In this document: in pieces, positions 1-9,905 of the stretch | Position numbering within the stretch: the first letter of the stretch is position 1 | How the letters are laid out: each line of letters opens with the position of its first letter | DNA from: Candidatus Methanoperedens sp. | Lineage (GTDB): Archaea > Halobacteriota > Methanosarcinia > Methanosarcinales > Methanoperedenaceae | Reading direction: 5' to 3' | DNA: 64,000 nt | NCBI GenBank assembly: GCA_012026795.1 | Contig: VEPM01000023.1 | Coordinates: 2,455 to 66,454 of the forward strand | The notes under the pieces: model-generated | Databases searched by the model: none | Seen by the model: the letters and a program-made list of their open reading frames with translations, nothing else | What the model was told of the DNA's origin: nothing | Translations under genes and position numbers: made by a program

Positions 1-26
1 TTTAGACCCACCCCGCAAGGAATAAT

Positions 27-335
27 TTATATTTTGATCTGTTCCGGCAAAAATCCTTTCTTAATAAGAACTTCTTTCATTCTGCTTTTATGATTTCCCT
101 GAAGTTCGATAACATTATCTTTTATAGTACCACCGCATGCGAATTTTGATTTGAGATAAGATGTTAATTCCTGCAAATTAATCTCGCTTGGATTAAGACC
201 ATCGATCACAGTTACTTCTTTTTTATATTTTCGTGTATCTACCTTAATTACTATTCTCTGTTGTTCTTTTGCTACTTCTTCGCAGATGCAAAGCTCTTTT
301 GGCAAACCGCATACAGCACACATTTCTGAACTCAT
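27..335 (-). CDS. sui1: Translation initiation factor aIF1 (SUI1)
   Basis: N-terminal CxxC..C.C ([13 protein letters not shown]), [22 protein letters not shown] motifs of archaeal SUI1. Confidence 0.95.
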   Translation of the reverse strand: MSSEMCAVCGLPKELCICEEVAKEQQRIVIKVDTRKYKKEVTVIDGLNPSEINLQELTSYLKSKFACGGTIKDNVIELQGNHKSRMKEVLIKKGFLPEQIKI

Positions 336-391
336 TTATTGGATTAATACCTCCATTCTTATATTACACAAGATTGTTATATAGCTACTTG

Positions 392-757
392 ATGCTTCCC
401 GTATTAAAATATGATGGTGTAATGATAGCGAATAACATTGAGTTTGCACGAACAATGGCAAAACAGGCAATAGGATTGATGTTCAGGAGAAGTATCCTGC
501 CGGATTATTCAATGATATTTATCTTAAAAAAACCATCCGGGGTCAATGTTCATATGTTCTTTGTATTTTTCCCGATCGATGTAATATTCCTGAATAACGA
601 AAAAAAAGTCATGGGATTTTCAGGATTAAAACCCTGGGTTGGATATAAAGCAATGAAGGACATCAAGTATGTTCTTGAAATGAAAGCAGGAACAATCGTA
701 AAGTTCAATCTGTCTATAGGCGGACAAATGGAATTTGATGAGAATTTAAATAGATAG
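392..757 (+). CDS. DUF192 family protein
   Basis: GLMFRRS, VHMFFVFFPIDVIFLN, YVLEM motifs. Start moved to ATG 392 because the longer ORF overlaps sui1. Confidence 0.85.
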   Translation: MLPVLKYDGVMIANNIEFARTMAKQAIGLMFRRSILPDYSMIFILKKPSGVNVHMFFVFFPIDVIFLNNEKKVMGFSGLKPWVGYKAMKDIKYVLEMKAGTIVKFNLSIGGQMEFDENLNR

Positions 758-789
758 AATATAACCCGAATAGAACATTAACTAATATT

Positions 790-1845
790 ATGACACTCAA
801 AGGAAAATTAACTGGAGATAATGTATTACTTGAAAAAAATGCAATTGAAGAATTGCATAATAAGAGTTATTATGGGCGGCCTAAAGGTGACAACCTCGAA
901 GTTTCTCTTACAGAAACCGCCTTTCTCATTTATATGGGAAAAATAAAAGTTGAATTTGGGGGAAAAGAAATTGGTTTTGAGGATTTTTTCCTGAAAGCAT
1001 CCTCACTACTAAAAAATTTTGAATTATTTTATATCGTTTATAAAGATATGAGGGAACGCGGATATTATGTCCAGCCAGGGGTAACTGGCTTTCGTGTTTA
1101 TCCACGTGGCGGACACCCCGGAAAAACACCTGCTGAGTTTTTCATATTTGTAACATCAGAAAGGATACCTTTATTACTATCCCAGTTAAGGACCCATCTG
1201 GAGACAGTCGAGAACCTTAAAAAACGCCTGGTTCTTGCTATAGTTGACGAAGAAAGTGATATTACATATTACGAAGTGAAAAAAACAGCTCTAACAGGCA
1301 CTTATGAATTAAGATTGGGCAAAAAGTTATCAACTGCGATCCTGCTTGAAGACAGGGTGATGGTCTGGAACCCCGATGCTTCTTTAGCACTTCAAAAAAA
1401 TGGTTTTTTTGGTAAACCTATGGATGAAGGCCACCTGCAACTATCACTTATTGAGTCATGTTATCTTTTAAAAAAAGGGATACTGGACATTGAGAACAAG
1501 AATAAGGAAGTGCTTGATTTTGATAGTTTTTCAAAATCAGCTTCCGATATAGAATCAAATTTCATGGTAAAATATTCTGTGTATGAAAAACTAAGGAATG
1601 ACGGGCTCTTTCCGAAGACAGGATTCAAATTCGGAACACACTTTCGGGTCTATAAGAAAATTGATGATATGACAAAACTGCCCCATTCAGATTATCTTGT
1701 TCATGCAATTGAAGAGGATCATATTTTTTCTCTGCAGCAGCTTTCACGCGCAGTGCGCCTGGCCAACAGCGTAAGAAAAGAAATGATATTTGGTACAGTC
1801 GATTCGCATGTTGATTTTTTTATGATAGGGCGGATGCGACTGTAA
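790..1845 (+). CDS. endA: tRNA-intron endonuclease, internally duplicated (homodimeric alpha2 type)
   Basis: Two repeats; catalytic repeat has KTGFKFGTHFRVY...HS and RLANSVRK. Confidence 0.95.
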   Translation: MTLKGKLTGDNVLLEKNAIEELHNKSYYGRPKGDNLEVSLTETAFLIYMGKIKVEFGGKEIGFEDFFLKASSLLKNFELFYIVYKDMRERGYYVQPGVTGFRVYPRGGHPGKTPAEFFIFVTSERIPLLLSQLRTHLETVENLKKRLVLAIVDEESDITYYEVKKTALTGTYELRLGKKLSTAILLEDRVMVWNPDASLALQKNGFFGKPMDEGHLQLSLIESCYLLKKGILDIENKNKEVLDFDSFSKSASDIESNFMVKYSVYEKLRNDGLFPKTGFKFGTHFRVYKKIDDMTKLPHSDYLVHAIEEDHIFSLQQLSRAVRLANSVRKEMIFGTVDSHVDFFMIGRMRL

Positions 1846-1852
1846 CCTGTAT

Positions 1853-2059
1853 TTATTCTTCTTCTTCTTTCTGTTTTCTTTTTACTACTTTTTCGAGTTT
1901 CTTAGCCCACATATCCTCTACTTTTGTATATTCACACTCAAGGTAATGAGAGACTGCTTTTGCAATTGCATCTTTGGTGCTTGTCTCCCCTGTTTTTTGT
2001 TTAAGGGCTTCAATATCATCTTCTGTAAGAACCGTTTGTGCGTGCATTATTTTTGCCAT
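1853..2059 (-). CDS. Small conserved protein (DUF5371-like)
   Basis: HAQTVLTEDDIEALKQKTGETSTKDAIAKAVSHYLEC; ATG 2059 follows a GGAG SD. Confidence 0.7.
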   Translation of the reverse strand: MAKIMHAQTVLTEDDIEALKQKTGETSTKDAIAKAVSHYLECEYTKVEDMWAKKLEKVVKRKQKEEEE

Positions 2060-2169
2060 TTTATAACTCCTTAAAAAAAAAGCAATGCCACCACATAGAG
2101 GCATACTTTTAATTACTACCTCATTATCATAGGATAGTATTTAAACATTACTGATAAAAATAAAAAACG

Positions 2170-3189
2170 CTATGGTTTAGACCTGATTATCCTCAACATC
2201 ATAAAAGAACTTATAATCATAAGAATCAGGCTAACTGCACCAAAACCAGGAGTTTTGTTATTATCATTTGTTTCTTCTGTAGCTGTAGCTTTGATTTCCG
2301 TCTTTCCTGATATAGCAAAACTCTTTTCAGCAAGATTTAATTCATTCTCGGCATATCCGATGAATTCAAGAGCAGATGTGCCATCTTTTTTCCAGAACGA
2401 AGATAGGGCTGAATTTGCATTATTTGTATTATAATCTTCAGCTTGCTTAAGGTGTGCTTCAGATTCTGTGACATCAATACCTTTCATTTTTGCTTCTTTT
2501 ATTTGTTTGGATAATGTCTTTGATCTTTCATCGATATCTGCTATTTTTTTCAATATTTCTGAAAATGAGCCTTTTAATATAATAGTGTCCTTTATATGAA
2601 GATTTTCCGGGGTCCATGTCGGAACCATATGACTATTCTGGAAAAGTATCCTGAATGGTTTGGGTGTTACTGATATCACTTCAATTCCTTTTGGCAAGAA
2701 CACCTGGCTCCTGATATCTGCGTCCTGAGAAACCCCGATATCCGCAGTTTTCCCGGCTATTATTGCCTGCGGCATATCAATGGGAATTTCAATTGAATAA
2801 TCGCCGGCTTCTTTCCTGGCAAAATTCTCTGCCCTGAAACCGATACGCCCGTTCCATGTTTCACCGGTTTTTATAGACGCATTGAAACTCACTGTCAATT
2901 TTATCCCATTTCCAACAATCTGCTGTTCTACTACCTGGCCTTTTGAGCTGAAAGTATGTTCGAAATCATATATAACTATAATATTCGATGCAGGGACTAC
3001 GAATGAAATACCATCAAGAGGTGATGGGCCGCTATTTGCAACCTCAACCTGTATTAATTCATCCACCATGCCGTCTTCATTCACAGTTACGTTCAATATC
3101 CAGCGGTTAAGGCTTATATCTGCTGCCGATGCCGGAAAAACCATCAATAAGACAATAATAAAACAAACAAGAACTTTTTTTATGGACAT
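2170..3189 (-). CDS. Secreted surface protein with PGF-CTERM sorting signal
   Basis: Signal peptide ending PASAA; C-terminal KTPGF, then a TM helix and basic tail. Confidence 0.8.
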   Translation of the reverse strand: MSIKKVLVCFIIVLLMVFPASAADISLNRWILNVTVNEDGMVDELIQVEVANSGPSPLDGISFVVPASNIIVIYDFEHTFSSKGQVVEQQIVGNGIKLTVSFNASIKTGETWNGRIGFRAENFARKEAGDYSIEIPIDMPQAIIAGKTADIGVSQDADIRSQVFLPKGIEVISVTPKPFRILFQNSHMVPTWTPENLHIKDTIILKGSFSEILKKIADIDERSKTLSKQIKEAKMKGIDVTESEAHLKQAEDYNTNNANSALSSFWKKDGTSALEFIGYAENELNLAEKSFAISGKTEIKATATEETNDNNKTPGFGAVSLILMIISSFMMLRIIRSKP

Positions 3190-3255
3190 ATAAAATCTCC
3201 AGCCTATTGTTGACTTTTAGAACTAATAACGTTTGCGTTATGCAAATAATTTTTG

Positions 3256-5178
3256 TTATTTAATAATTTGTTCTACCACTTGTACTACTTCCCCTGTTCT
3301 TTCGTATGCCTTTAGCCCCGAAGGTAAATTATCAATGAGCTCTTGCGATCTTAGCCCTTTCAGGAATTTCTTAATCTCATGATATTCCATAATCCTTTTT
3401 GGAATCACAAAATCATATTCCTCATCAGCTATTTTTATGAATTTCAAACCATTCATTTCTGCAACTGTACGAATTCCTACCCCGACATCGGCTTTACCCA
3501 GTTTTACCGCAGCAGCGACCGCACTGTGGGTTTTTGCTTCAGTATGATAACCTTTAATCGAATTAGCGAGTTCTTCGAAAGATATTCCACGCTGCCTTGC
3601 GACTTCCTTTAGCCTGAGATCGGTCATGACTCTTGTTCCCGAACCTGTATTCCTGTTAATGAACCTGGCATTGATCAAATCCTCAAACTCCTTTATTTTG
3701 CTGTCCTTTCGTATTATCAGGCCCTGTTCCCTCAGGTATCCTTTAACAAGAACAACATCAAAAAGCCCGATCCTTTCAAGAAAAGGAATGTTATAGGCAC
3801 CGGATTCATCAAGGAGATGCACTCCGGCTATATCGGCAATACCGTTTTTGACAGCATTTATTCCGCCGGATGAACCCACATTTATTATCCGCATTTTAAG
3901 CCCGGTTATGTCCGCGAGTATATCAAGGCCAAGACAGTGGCTGCCAACAAAGAATATATCAGGGTTTTCAGGTTCACCATACAATGTGACTTCAACATTA
4001 TCACCTGCTTCTATTATCTCAACTGTTGACGGGATCTCTATAAAACCATCGGCCTCAGAAAGCGTTGTAATAGCTCCCGACCCTTTTTCTATAGGATAGG
4101 CGATGCCCCTTATAAGACCTACAGGAAGAAGCTGGCTTCTGCCCTCGGAACGTATCCTGATAGCCGCTCTTGCATGTATTTTATTATTTATGCTTGTTTT
4201 TCCGGTCATTTTCCTGATCAGTGGTGCCACAAATTCATTGAAAATCGTAAGGGATGAAGCAGGATATCCAGGTAGCCCAAAAACAGGTTTTCCAAAGATC
4301 TTCCCGATAATTGCGGGTTTTCCGGGTTTTATATCGATCCCATGGGCAAGGACTATGCCGTTTTCTTCAATTATCCTGTACATTATGTCGCCAGAACCTG
4401 CTGATGTGCTTCCCGACGTGATAATAAGATCACAGTTTTTTGAGAGTTCATTTAATGCTTTTTTGATCTTTGTCTCATCATCCTTTACATTACAGTAACG
4501 GATAGGTGTGCCCCCGCACTCACTGACCGCGCATGAGAGTGAAAAAGAATTTACATCATATATCTCACCTGAGTTGAGTGAGCAGCCCGGTGCTTTCAGC
4601 TCATTTCCTGTTGAGATTATTCCGACTGTAAGCCCGAAGATGCTTATTTTTTGTTTACCGATCGCACAAAGAACACCTATTTCCCGTGCACCGAGGCAGG
4701 TTCCCTTTTTTAAAATCCGCTCTCCGGCCATTATATCCGAGCCTGCCTGCATGACATTTTCATTAATGGAGACAGGACGGTGGATGAAAATATCTTTATC
4801 AAAATGCGTATATTCAACCATGACGACGGAATCAGCCCCTTCCGGCATTACCGCACCGGTTGCGATCTCAGCAGCCTCTCCCTTTTGAAGAAAAATACCA
4901 GGATCGATTCCCGCCGGGATAGATCCAATAATTTTAAGCCGGACCGGCCTGTCCTCACGCGCAGTATAAGTGTCAGAAGCATAAACTGCATAACCATCCA
5001 TCGATGCCCTGGTAAAAGGAGGAACATCCACCTGCGAAATAACATCCATTGCAAGGATATGTCCTGAAGCATCTTCTATGTTTACTTCGAATATCTGAGG
5101 TTTAATATCAAGGCTGTTGATGATCTGCCTTGCTTCATCACGGGTTACAAGTTTCCTGAATTCTTTTCTCACAGGCAT
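3256..5178 (-). CDS. moeA: Molybdopterin molybdenumtransferase MoeA fused to a periplasmic-binding-protein-like domain
   Basis: PPFTRASMDGYAV, IATGAVMPEGADSVVMVE, GLPGYPAS; C-terminal REQGL..FINRNTGSGTR domain. Confidence 0.93.
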   Translation of the reverse strand: MPVRKEFRKLVTRDEARQIINSLDIKPQIFEVNIEDASGHILAMDVISQVDVPPFTRASMDGYAVYASDTYTAREDRPVRLKIIGSIPAGIDPGIFLQKGEAAEIATGAVMPEGADSVVMVEYTHFDKDIFIHRPVSINENVMQAGSDIMAGERILKKGTCLGAREIGVLCAIGKQKISIFGLTVGIISTGNELKAPGCSLNSGEIYDVNSFSLSCAVSECGGTPIRYCNVKDDETKIKKALNELSKNCDLIITSGSTSAGSGDIMYRIIEENGIVLAHGIDIKPGKPAIIGKIFGKPVFGLPGYPASSLTIFNEFVAPLIRKMTGKTSINNKIHARAAIRIRSEGRSQLLPVGLIRGIAYPIEKGSGAITTLSEADGFIEIPSTVEIIEAGDNVEVTLYGEPENPDIFFVGSHCLGLDILADITGLKMRIINVGSSGGINAVKNGIADIAGVHLLDESGAYNIPFLERIGLFDVVLVKGYLREQGLIIRKDSKIKEFEDLINARFINRNTGSGTRVMTDLRLKEVARQRGISFEELANSIKGYHTEAKTHSAVAAAVKLGKADVGVGIRTVAEMNGLKFIKIADEEYDFVIPKRIMEYHEIKKFLKGLRSQELIDNLPSGLKAYERTGEVVQVVEQIIK

Positions 5179-5210
5179 TATTATGGGTCATGTGGTTAAA
5201 TCGTTTTCCG

Positions 5211-5228
5211 GAATTTTTAGAAAAATTC
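5211..5228. promoter_or_regulatory. Inverted repeat in the moeA/MBL divergent intergenic region (possible operator)
   Basis: GAATTTTT-AG-AAAAATTC with 8-bp perfect arms; AT-rich, so it may be chance. Confidence 0.3.
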
Positions 5229-5270
5229 TTCAGATATTTTTTTGTACAACTTATACATTTATAATAATAT

Positions 5271-6047
5271 ATGTCAAGTGTAACCTTTCTCGGAACTGGC
5301 GGCGGAAGGATGGTCGTTCTTAACCAGTTGCGAAAAAGCGGCGGGTTCTGGTTAAAACTTGATGACCTGAATATCCTCCATGATCCGGGTCCTGGTTCCC
5401 TTGTAATGATGCACCAGCTTGGCCTTAAACCAAGAGAACTTGATGCTATTATTTTATCCCACAGGCATATAGATCATTCATGTGATGTAAATGTACTAAC
5501 GGAAGCAATGACAGGTGGAGGATTTACTCCAAGAGGGCGCTTGATCGCACCTTCTGATTGCTTTAATACTGACCCTGTTATACTCCAATATGTGAGGCCT
5601 TTTGTTGAAATAAATGAAATTAAAAAAGGAATGGAGATAACTATTAAGGATATCAAAATGAAGTTCCCTGTTGAAAATATGCATCCTGTGGAGACTTACG
5701 GCGTCATTTATACCTTCAGGTCCGGGCGCCTTGGATATATTCCTGATACTGAATATTTTCCAGGACTTGCAGATGCTTATGAGGGTATTGATTACCTGAT
5801 ACTTAATGTTGTGCGGATGAAGACCGATAAAAGGATCCGTCACCTGAACATAGATGAGGCATCAGAGTTGATCAACAGGATAAGACCGAAAAAGGCCATA
5901 CTGACACATTTCGGTTTACAGGTATTGAAATCATCCCCGGAGCACCAGGCAAAGCTCATATCAGAAAAAACCGGTGTGAATGTCATTGCTGCCCGGGATG
6001 GCATGACAGTGAATTTTAAGAACGGGAATATAAAGAAATGGTTTTAG
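5271..6047 (+). CDS. MBL-fold metallo-hydrolase
   Basis: FLGTGGG, DPGPG, SHRHIDH (HxHxDH), THF motifs. Confidence 0.9.
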   Translation: MSSVTFLGTGGGRMVVLNQLRKSGGFWLKLDDLNILHDPGPGSLVMMHQLGLKPRELDAIILSHRHIDHSCDVNVLTEAMTGGGFTPRGRLIAPSDCFNTDPVILQYVRPFVEINEIKKGMEITIKDIKMKFPVENMHPVETYGVIYTFRSGRLGYIPDTEYFPGLADAYEGIDYLILNVVRMKTDKRIRHLNIDEASELINRIRPKKAILTHFGLQVLKSSPEHQAKLISEKTGVNVIAARDGMTVNFKNGNIKKWF

Positions 6048-6129
6048 AGCTGTCACATCTCATTTTTTTTTATCATGATCATTGAAATAGCAATGTTTAA
6101 TGCTATTAATGTGCTAAAACAGATTTATT

Positions 6130-6873
6130 ATGAAGGATATTACTGCTGAATTAAGAACTGCCTTATATGGCAGGAGCAGTGTTTTTATGGGCTCTGCAGA
6201 GACGCCCACTGAGCGTATCGTATATCATATATTGTATGAAACTGTCATTGCGAAAAAAAACGTTATATGGATATGCCTCAGGGACACACCAAATACAATA
6301 TTTTCCAAATTTTCCTCTTATGAGTTGCCCCTGGCAGGATCGATTGAGAATATATGGTTTGTCGATGCCACCATCATCGGAGACAAAACAATTGCGCATC
6401 AGACCTCCAGGTGCAATCCCATGGACTACACGTGTATGATTATGGAAGTAGTTAAACTGCTGAAAAAATATCCTGCATCCCTGGTTATGCTTGATAACAT
6501 TGGCATGATGGCGCTGCTTGATCGTCTGGATGTTATTGTGCGTCCATTGAAATATCTGGATACAAGAATACGGGCGGAAGGAGGGGGTTTTGTGACAATG
6601 CTGGCAAATAAAGCACTACCGGGAAGCGTTGAATCTGAACTTCTTGGGCTTATCGATGTTATCATCAGCGTTGAACAAAACGAAATTCATGCACAGGTGG
6701 GAAGCAAGGAACTGAGTATTCCTTTTTGCTTCACGGGTAGTGAGCTTATCCTTGGTAGCGTTAATGCGGATAAAGATTTACAGGAATTATTCAGCCTGAC
6801 CACTGAAGAAAAGAAAAAACTGGAGCTTGAAGTAGAGGAGAAAGCGCATCTTTACGGGGAACCGGTTGATTGA
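6130..6873 (+). CDS. KaiC/RAD55-like RecA-fold protein with degenerate Walker A
   Basis: Pattern VFMGSAETPT / WICLRDTP / WFVDA / LVMLDNI / LIDVII matches KaiC-like strand order but lacks GKT/S. Confidence 0.6.
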   Translation: MKDITAELRTALYGRSSVFMGSAETPTERIVYHILYETVIAKKNVIWICLRDTPNTIFSKFSSYELPLAGSIENIWFVDATIIGDKTIAHQTSRCNPMDYTCMIMEVVKLLKKYPASLVMLDNIGMMALLDRLDVIVRPLKYLDTRIRAEGGGFVTMLANKALPGSVESELLGLIDVIISVEQNEIHAQVGSKELSIPFCFTGSELILGSVNADKDLQELFSLTTEEKKKLELEVEEKAHLYGEPVD

Positions 6874-7601
6874 TTGATCCGTTCCCAGAGTTGTGCTATC
6901 TGTTTACTGTATTCCGAATTGGGATATGCATGTACCATGATCTTTCTTGACCAGGCGCCTGCAATTGCTTCATCATACAGGATAACGCCTATAGGTTCAA
7001 GACCTAATTTCCGGCTCAGTTCTTCAAGTGTTTTTTTTGAAGCCTCATATTTATTTTTAGGAAGCTTGTTGAAAAGGATATGTGGCCTGGATTTCAAACG
7101 CTGGGCCACACCGGAAATAACATAGGTTCCCCGGATATCCTGTTTGTCCAGTGTACATACTACGATGCTGATTTCAGTCGTACCCATGATAAGGAGGCTT
7201 GACCTGTTAAGTCCCGGACTGCAATCAAATATTATATGGTCGGGATTATACATGGTCTGGAAATCCCGCAGTAACACCTGAAGCTTTTCTTTTGCCTGGG
7301 CAGGGTCTTTTGAGAAACTCACAATATCTTCCTCAGTTGCATACGATGGAATGATATAAAGCTCTCCCTCATCTCTCTTATGTATGATCTCTTCAAGTGC
7401 TGCCTTGTTCTGGACGTAATCTACTAATGTCTTATTGGTCTTCAGGCTAAAAAGCGCATGAATGCCAGGGCCTGAAAAATCAGTATCTACCAGTCCGACT
7501 TTATAACCCTTGCTGACAAGATAGCAGGCAAGGTTCCCTGATATATTCGTCTTGCCTGTCCCGCCTTTATAAGAATGAAAGCTTATCCACATTTCTTGCA
7601 C
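6852..7601 (-). CDS. MinD/ParA family ATPase
   Basis: Deviant Walker A KGGTGKT, DTDF, FDCSPG, LFNK, VILYDEAI. Confidence 0.9.
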   Translation of the reverse strand: MQEMWISFHSYKGGTGKTNISGNLACYLVSKGYKVGLVDTDFSGPGIHALFSLKTNKTLVDYVQNKAALEEIIHKRDEGELYIIPSYATEEDIVSFSKDPAQAKEKLQVLLRDFQTMYNPDHIIFDCSPGLNRSSLLIMGTTEISIVVCTLDKQDIRGTYVISGVAQRLKSRPHILFNKLPKNKYEASKKTLEELSRKLGLEPIGVILYDEAIAGAWSRKIMVHAYPNSEYSKQIAQLWERINQSTGSP

Positions 7602-7624
7602 CTTAAATAAATAATTCCATAATC

Positions 7625-8029
7625 TTAACCCAGTATTTCCTCAAGTTTCTTATCCAGCTCATCTATTGACCCAATCATTTCAGGGGACTCTTCCTCGTTC
7701 TTTTTTCGTGATGAATAGTATACTTTTTTTCCGACCCGTTCCCGTTTTAGCCAGCCCTCCCTGACAAGTTCATTAAGGTATTTGTTCTCAATTGACCTGT
7801 GGCGGCCTGTCCGGATGCATACTTCATCCGCAGTGGCCTTTGATAATTCTGATACTGCAAAAAGTGATTTTCTTAAACTGTCAGGAATCGTGAGGTATAA
7901 AGCAATCTGGTCTTCTACAACCGGGTGAAGACGCGATTCAATCTCTCCTACCCTGCGTTCAAGTGACTGAAGCCTTTTCTCAAAGACCTTCATATTATCG
8001 TTTGAGTTTGTTCTCATATCTGAATTCAT
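7625..8029 (-). CDS. Coiled-coil plus winged-HTH DNA-binding protein
   Basis: LQSLERRVGEIESRL coil; ATADEVCIRTGRHRSIENKYLNELVREGWLKRERVGKKVYY wHTH. Start shortened to ATG 8029. Confidence 0.8.
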   Translation of the reverse strand: MNSDMRTNSNDNMKVFEKRLQSLERRVGEIESRLHPVVEDQIALYLTIPDSLRKSLFAVSELSKATADEVCIRTGRHRSIENKYLNELVREGWLKRERVGKKVYYSSRKKNEEESPEMIGSIDELDKKLEEILG

Positions 8030-8040
8030 TTTATTTCCAA

Positions 8041-8236
8041 TGCACAAATGCAAGTCGCATAACCTGGAATATGATGAGCAACGTTTGCACATTACAGTAT
8101 ACTGTGCAAGCACATATATATACCTAACCGATGTATTGCGAAAAACAATATGAAATATACATGTAAATGTTGTTTTTTGCACAATAGTTATATACTGGTA
8201 TGAGCATATTATGCAATTGTGAGGAAGTTGCACAAT
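8041..8236. promoter_or_regulatory. Cluster of five TGCACA hexamers in the wHTH/mqnB divergent intergenic region
   Basis: TGCACA at 8041, 8086, 8178 and 8229, and TGTGCA at 8103. Confidence 0.45.
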
Positions 8237-8370
8237 AACGCCTCTTCATCCACCCCTCCATGTTGCAACTTCCCTCAATTTTGATAATAAAGATGAATCA
8301 AATTGTTGAAAATGTTAACATATTGCTAACATATAAAAGCTATATCCAATGAAACAAATATGGCTTCTAT

Positions 8371-9084
8371 ATGGCAAACATCGGGCTTATCACACCTACT
8401 CCTTTAGAATCAGAAGATTTGAGATGCCAGATCGACCCCTCGCCTTATGAAGAACAGGGGATTATTACGAAGGGTTATTTACATGGGAATCATGTTATTT
8501 TTTCCCATTGCGGCGTAGGCAAGGTGAACGCGGCGCACACTACAACCCTTATTCTTGAAAACAACGAAATAGATTTCCTGGTACTTTTCGGTATTGCTGG
8601 CGCGTATCCGGATGCGGATGCAGCTATCGGGGATGTTGTGGTCGCACAGAGTGAGAATTACGGGGAAGAAGGAGTAATGACCGGCGATGGATGGAAGCCT
8701 ATGGATTTCACAGGTTTTACGCTTGTGAAAAATAAGATCGGATATTTCAATACTTTCCCGATGGACCGGAAATTATCGCAGCTTGCAATAAATGCTTCAA
8801 AAGATGCAGGATTAAACACGCATGCAGGTCATTTCATAACAGTATCGCAGTGTTCCGGAACACGCATTAGCGGTGATATCATGCAAAAGCGTTTTAATGG
8901 CTTATGTGAAAACATGGAAGGGGCCGCAGTTGCTCATATTTGTTCCATGTACGCTGTCCCGGTGATCGAGGTCAGGGGAATAAGCAATATTATTGAGGAC
9001 AGGGATATGAAAAAATGGAACATTCCTCTTGCGGTATCGAATTGTAATAAGGCAGTCAGTGAACTGATCAGGAAGATGGAATGA
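8371..9084 (+). CDS. mqnB: Futalosine hydrolase
   Basis: PNP/UDP fold: GVGKVNAA, GIAGAY, ENMEGAAVAH, RGISN; overlaps mqnD. Confidence 0.88.
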   Translation: MANIGLITPTPLESEDLRCQIDPSPYEEQGIITKGYLHGNHVIFSHCGVGKVNAAHTTTLILENNEIDFLVLFGIAGAYPDADAAIGDVVVAQSENYGEEGVMTGDGWKPMDFTGFTLVKNKIGYFNTFPMDRKLSQLAINASKDAGLNTHAGHFITVSQCSGTRISGDIMQKRFNGLCENMEGAAVAHICSMYAVPVIEVRGISNIIEDRDMKKWNIPLAVSNCNKAVSELIRKME

Positions 9085-9905
9085 AAATATCTACAGGTTA
9101 TTCACCATGTCCCAATGATACATTTATTTTCTATGCCATGACACATAATAAACTATCTCCCGATCTTGAATTCAGTGAGACTTTAAAAGATGTGGAAACT
9201 CTTAACCGTCTGGCCTTGCAAAAAGTTTTTGATGTAACAAAAGCGTCATTCCATGGATTTGGTTTTTTAAGGGACGATTATTGTCTCCTGCATTCGGGAA
9301 GCGCTCTCGGTAGAGGTTGCGGGCCTCTGATAGTGGCCAGGAACGGAACAGGTCAGCAGGAACTCAGTTCGAAAAAAATTGCCATTCCCGGTAAGATGAC
9401 CACTGCTTACCTGCTGCTTCAATTGTTCGCGCCCGATGCGAAAAATATTGTCGAGATGCCTTTTGACAGGATCATGAATGCGGTTAGCATGGGTGCCGTT
9501 GATGCAGGCTTGATAATCCATGAGAGCCGTTTCACTTATCCCCGATATAATCTTGTAAAGGTAATGGACCTGGGTGAGTGGTGGGAAAATGAAACCGGTT
9601 TACCTATCCCGCTTGGAGGAATTCTAGCAAGAAGAGATCTGGGAGCAACCGTGATCGGGAAAATCGATGGTCTCATCAGGCAGAGCCTGGAATATGCAAT
9701 CCGGAATCCTGAAGAAACAGTGAAGTATATCAAAAAGAACGCACAGGAGCTTGATGACGATGTGATTGAGCAGCACATCAGGCTATATGTAAATGATTAT
9801 ACGAGGGATTTAGGGGACGGCATAGCAGCAGTAGAAAAATTGCTGAAAACTGCGGAGGATTTGAAACTGATTCCTCATTCTGAAAAAACGATTTTTGTTG
9901 ATTAA
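9081..9905 (+). CDS. mqnD: 1,4-dihydroxy-6-naphthoate synthase
   Basis: SPCPNDTFIFYA, GSALGRGCGP, IIHESRFTY, LPIPLGG, HIRLYVN. Confidence 0.95.
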   Translation: MKISTGYSPCPNDTFIFYAMTHNKLSPDLEFSETLKDVETLNRLALQKVFDVTKASFHGFGFLRDDYCLLHSGSALGRGCGPLIVARNGTGQQELSSKKIAIPGKMTTAYLLLQLFAPDAKNIVEMPFDRIMNAVSMGAVDAGLIIHESRFTYPRYNLVKVMDLGEWWENETGLPIPLGGILARRDLGATVIGKIDGLIRQSLEYAIRNPEETVKYIKKNAQELDDDVIEQHIRLYVNDYTRDLGDGIAAVEKLLKTAEDLKLIPHSEKTIFVD

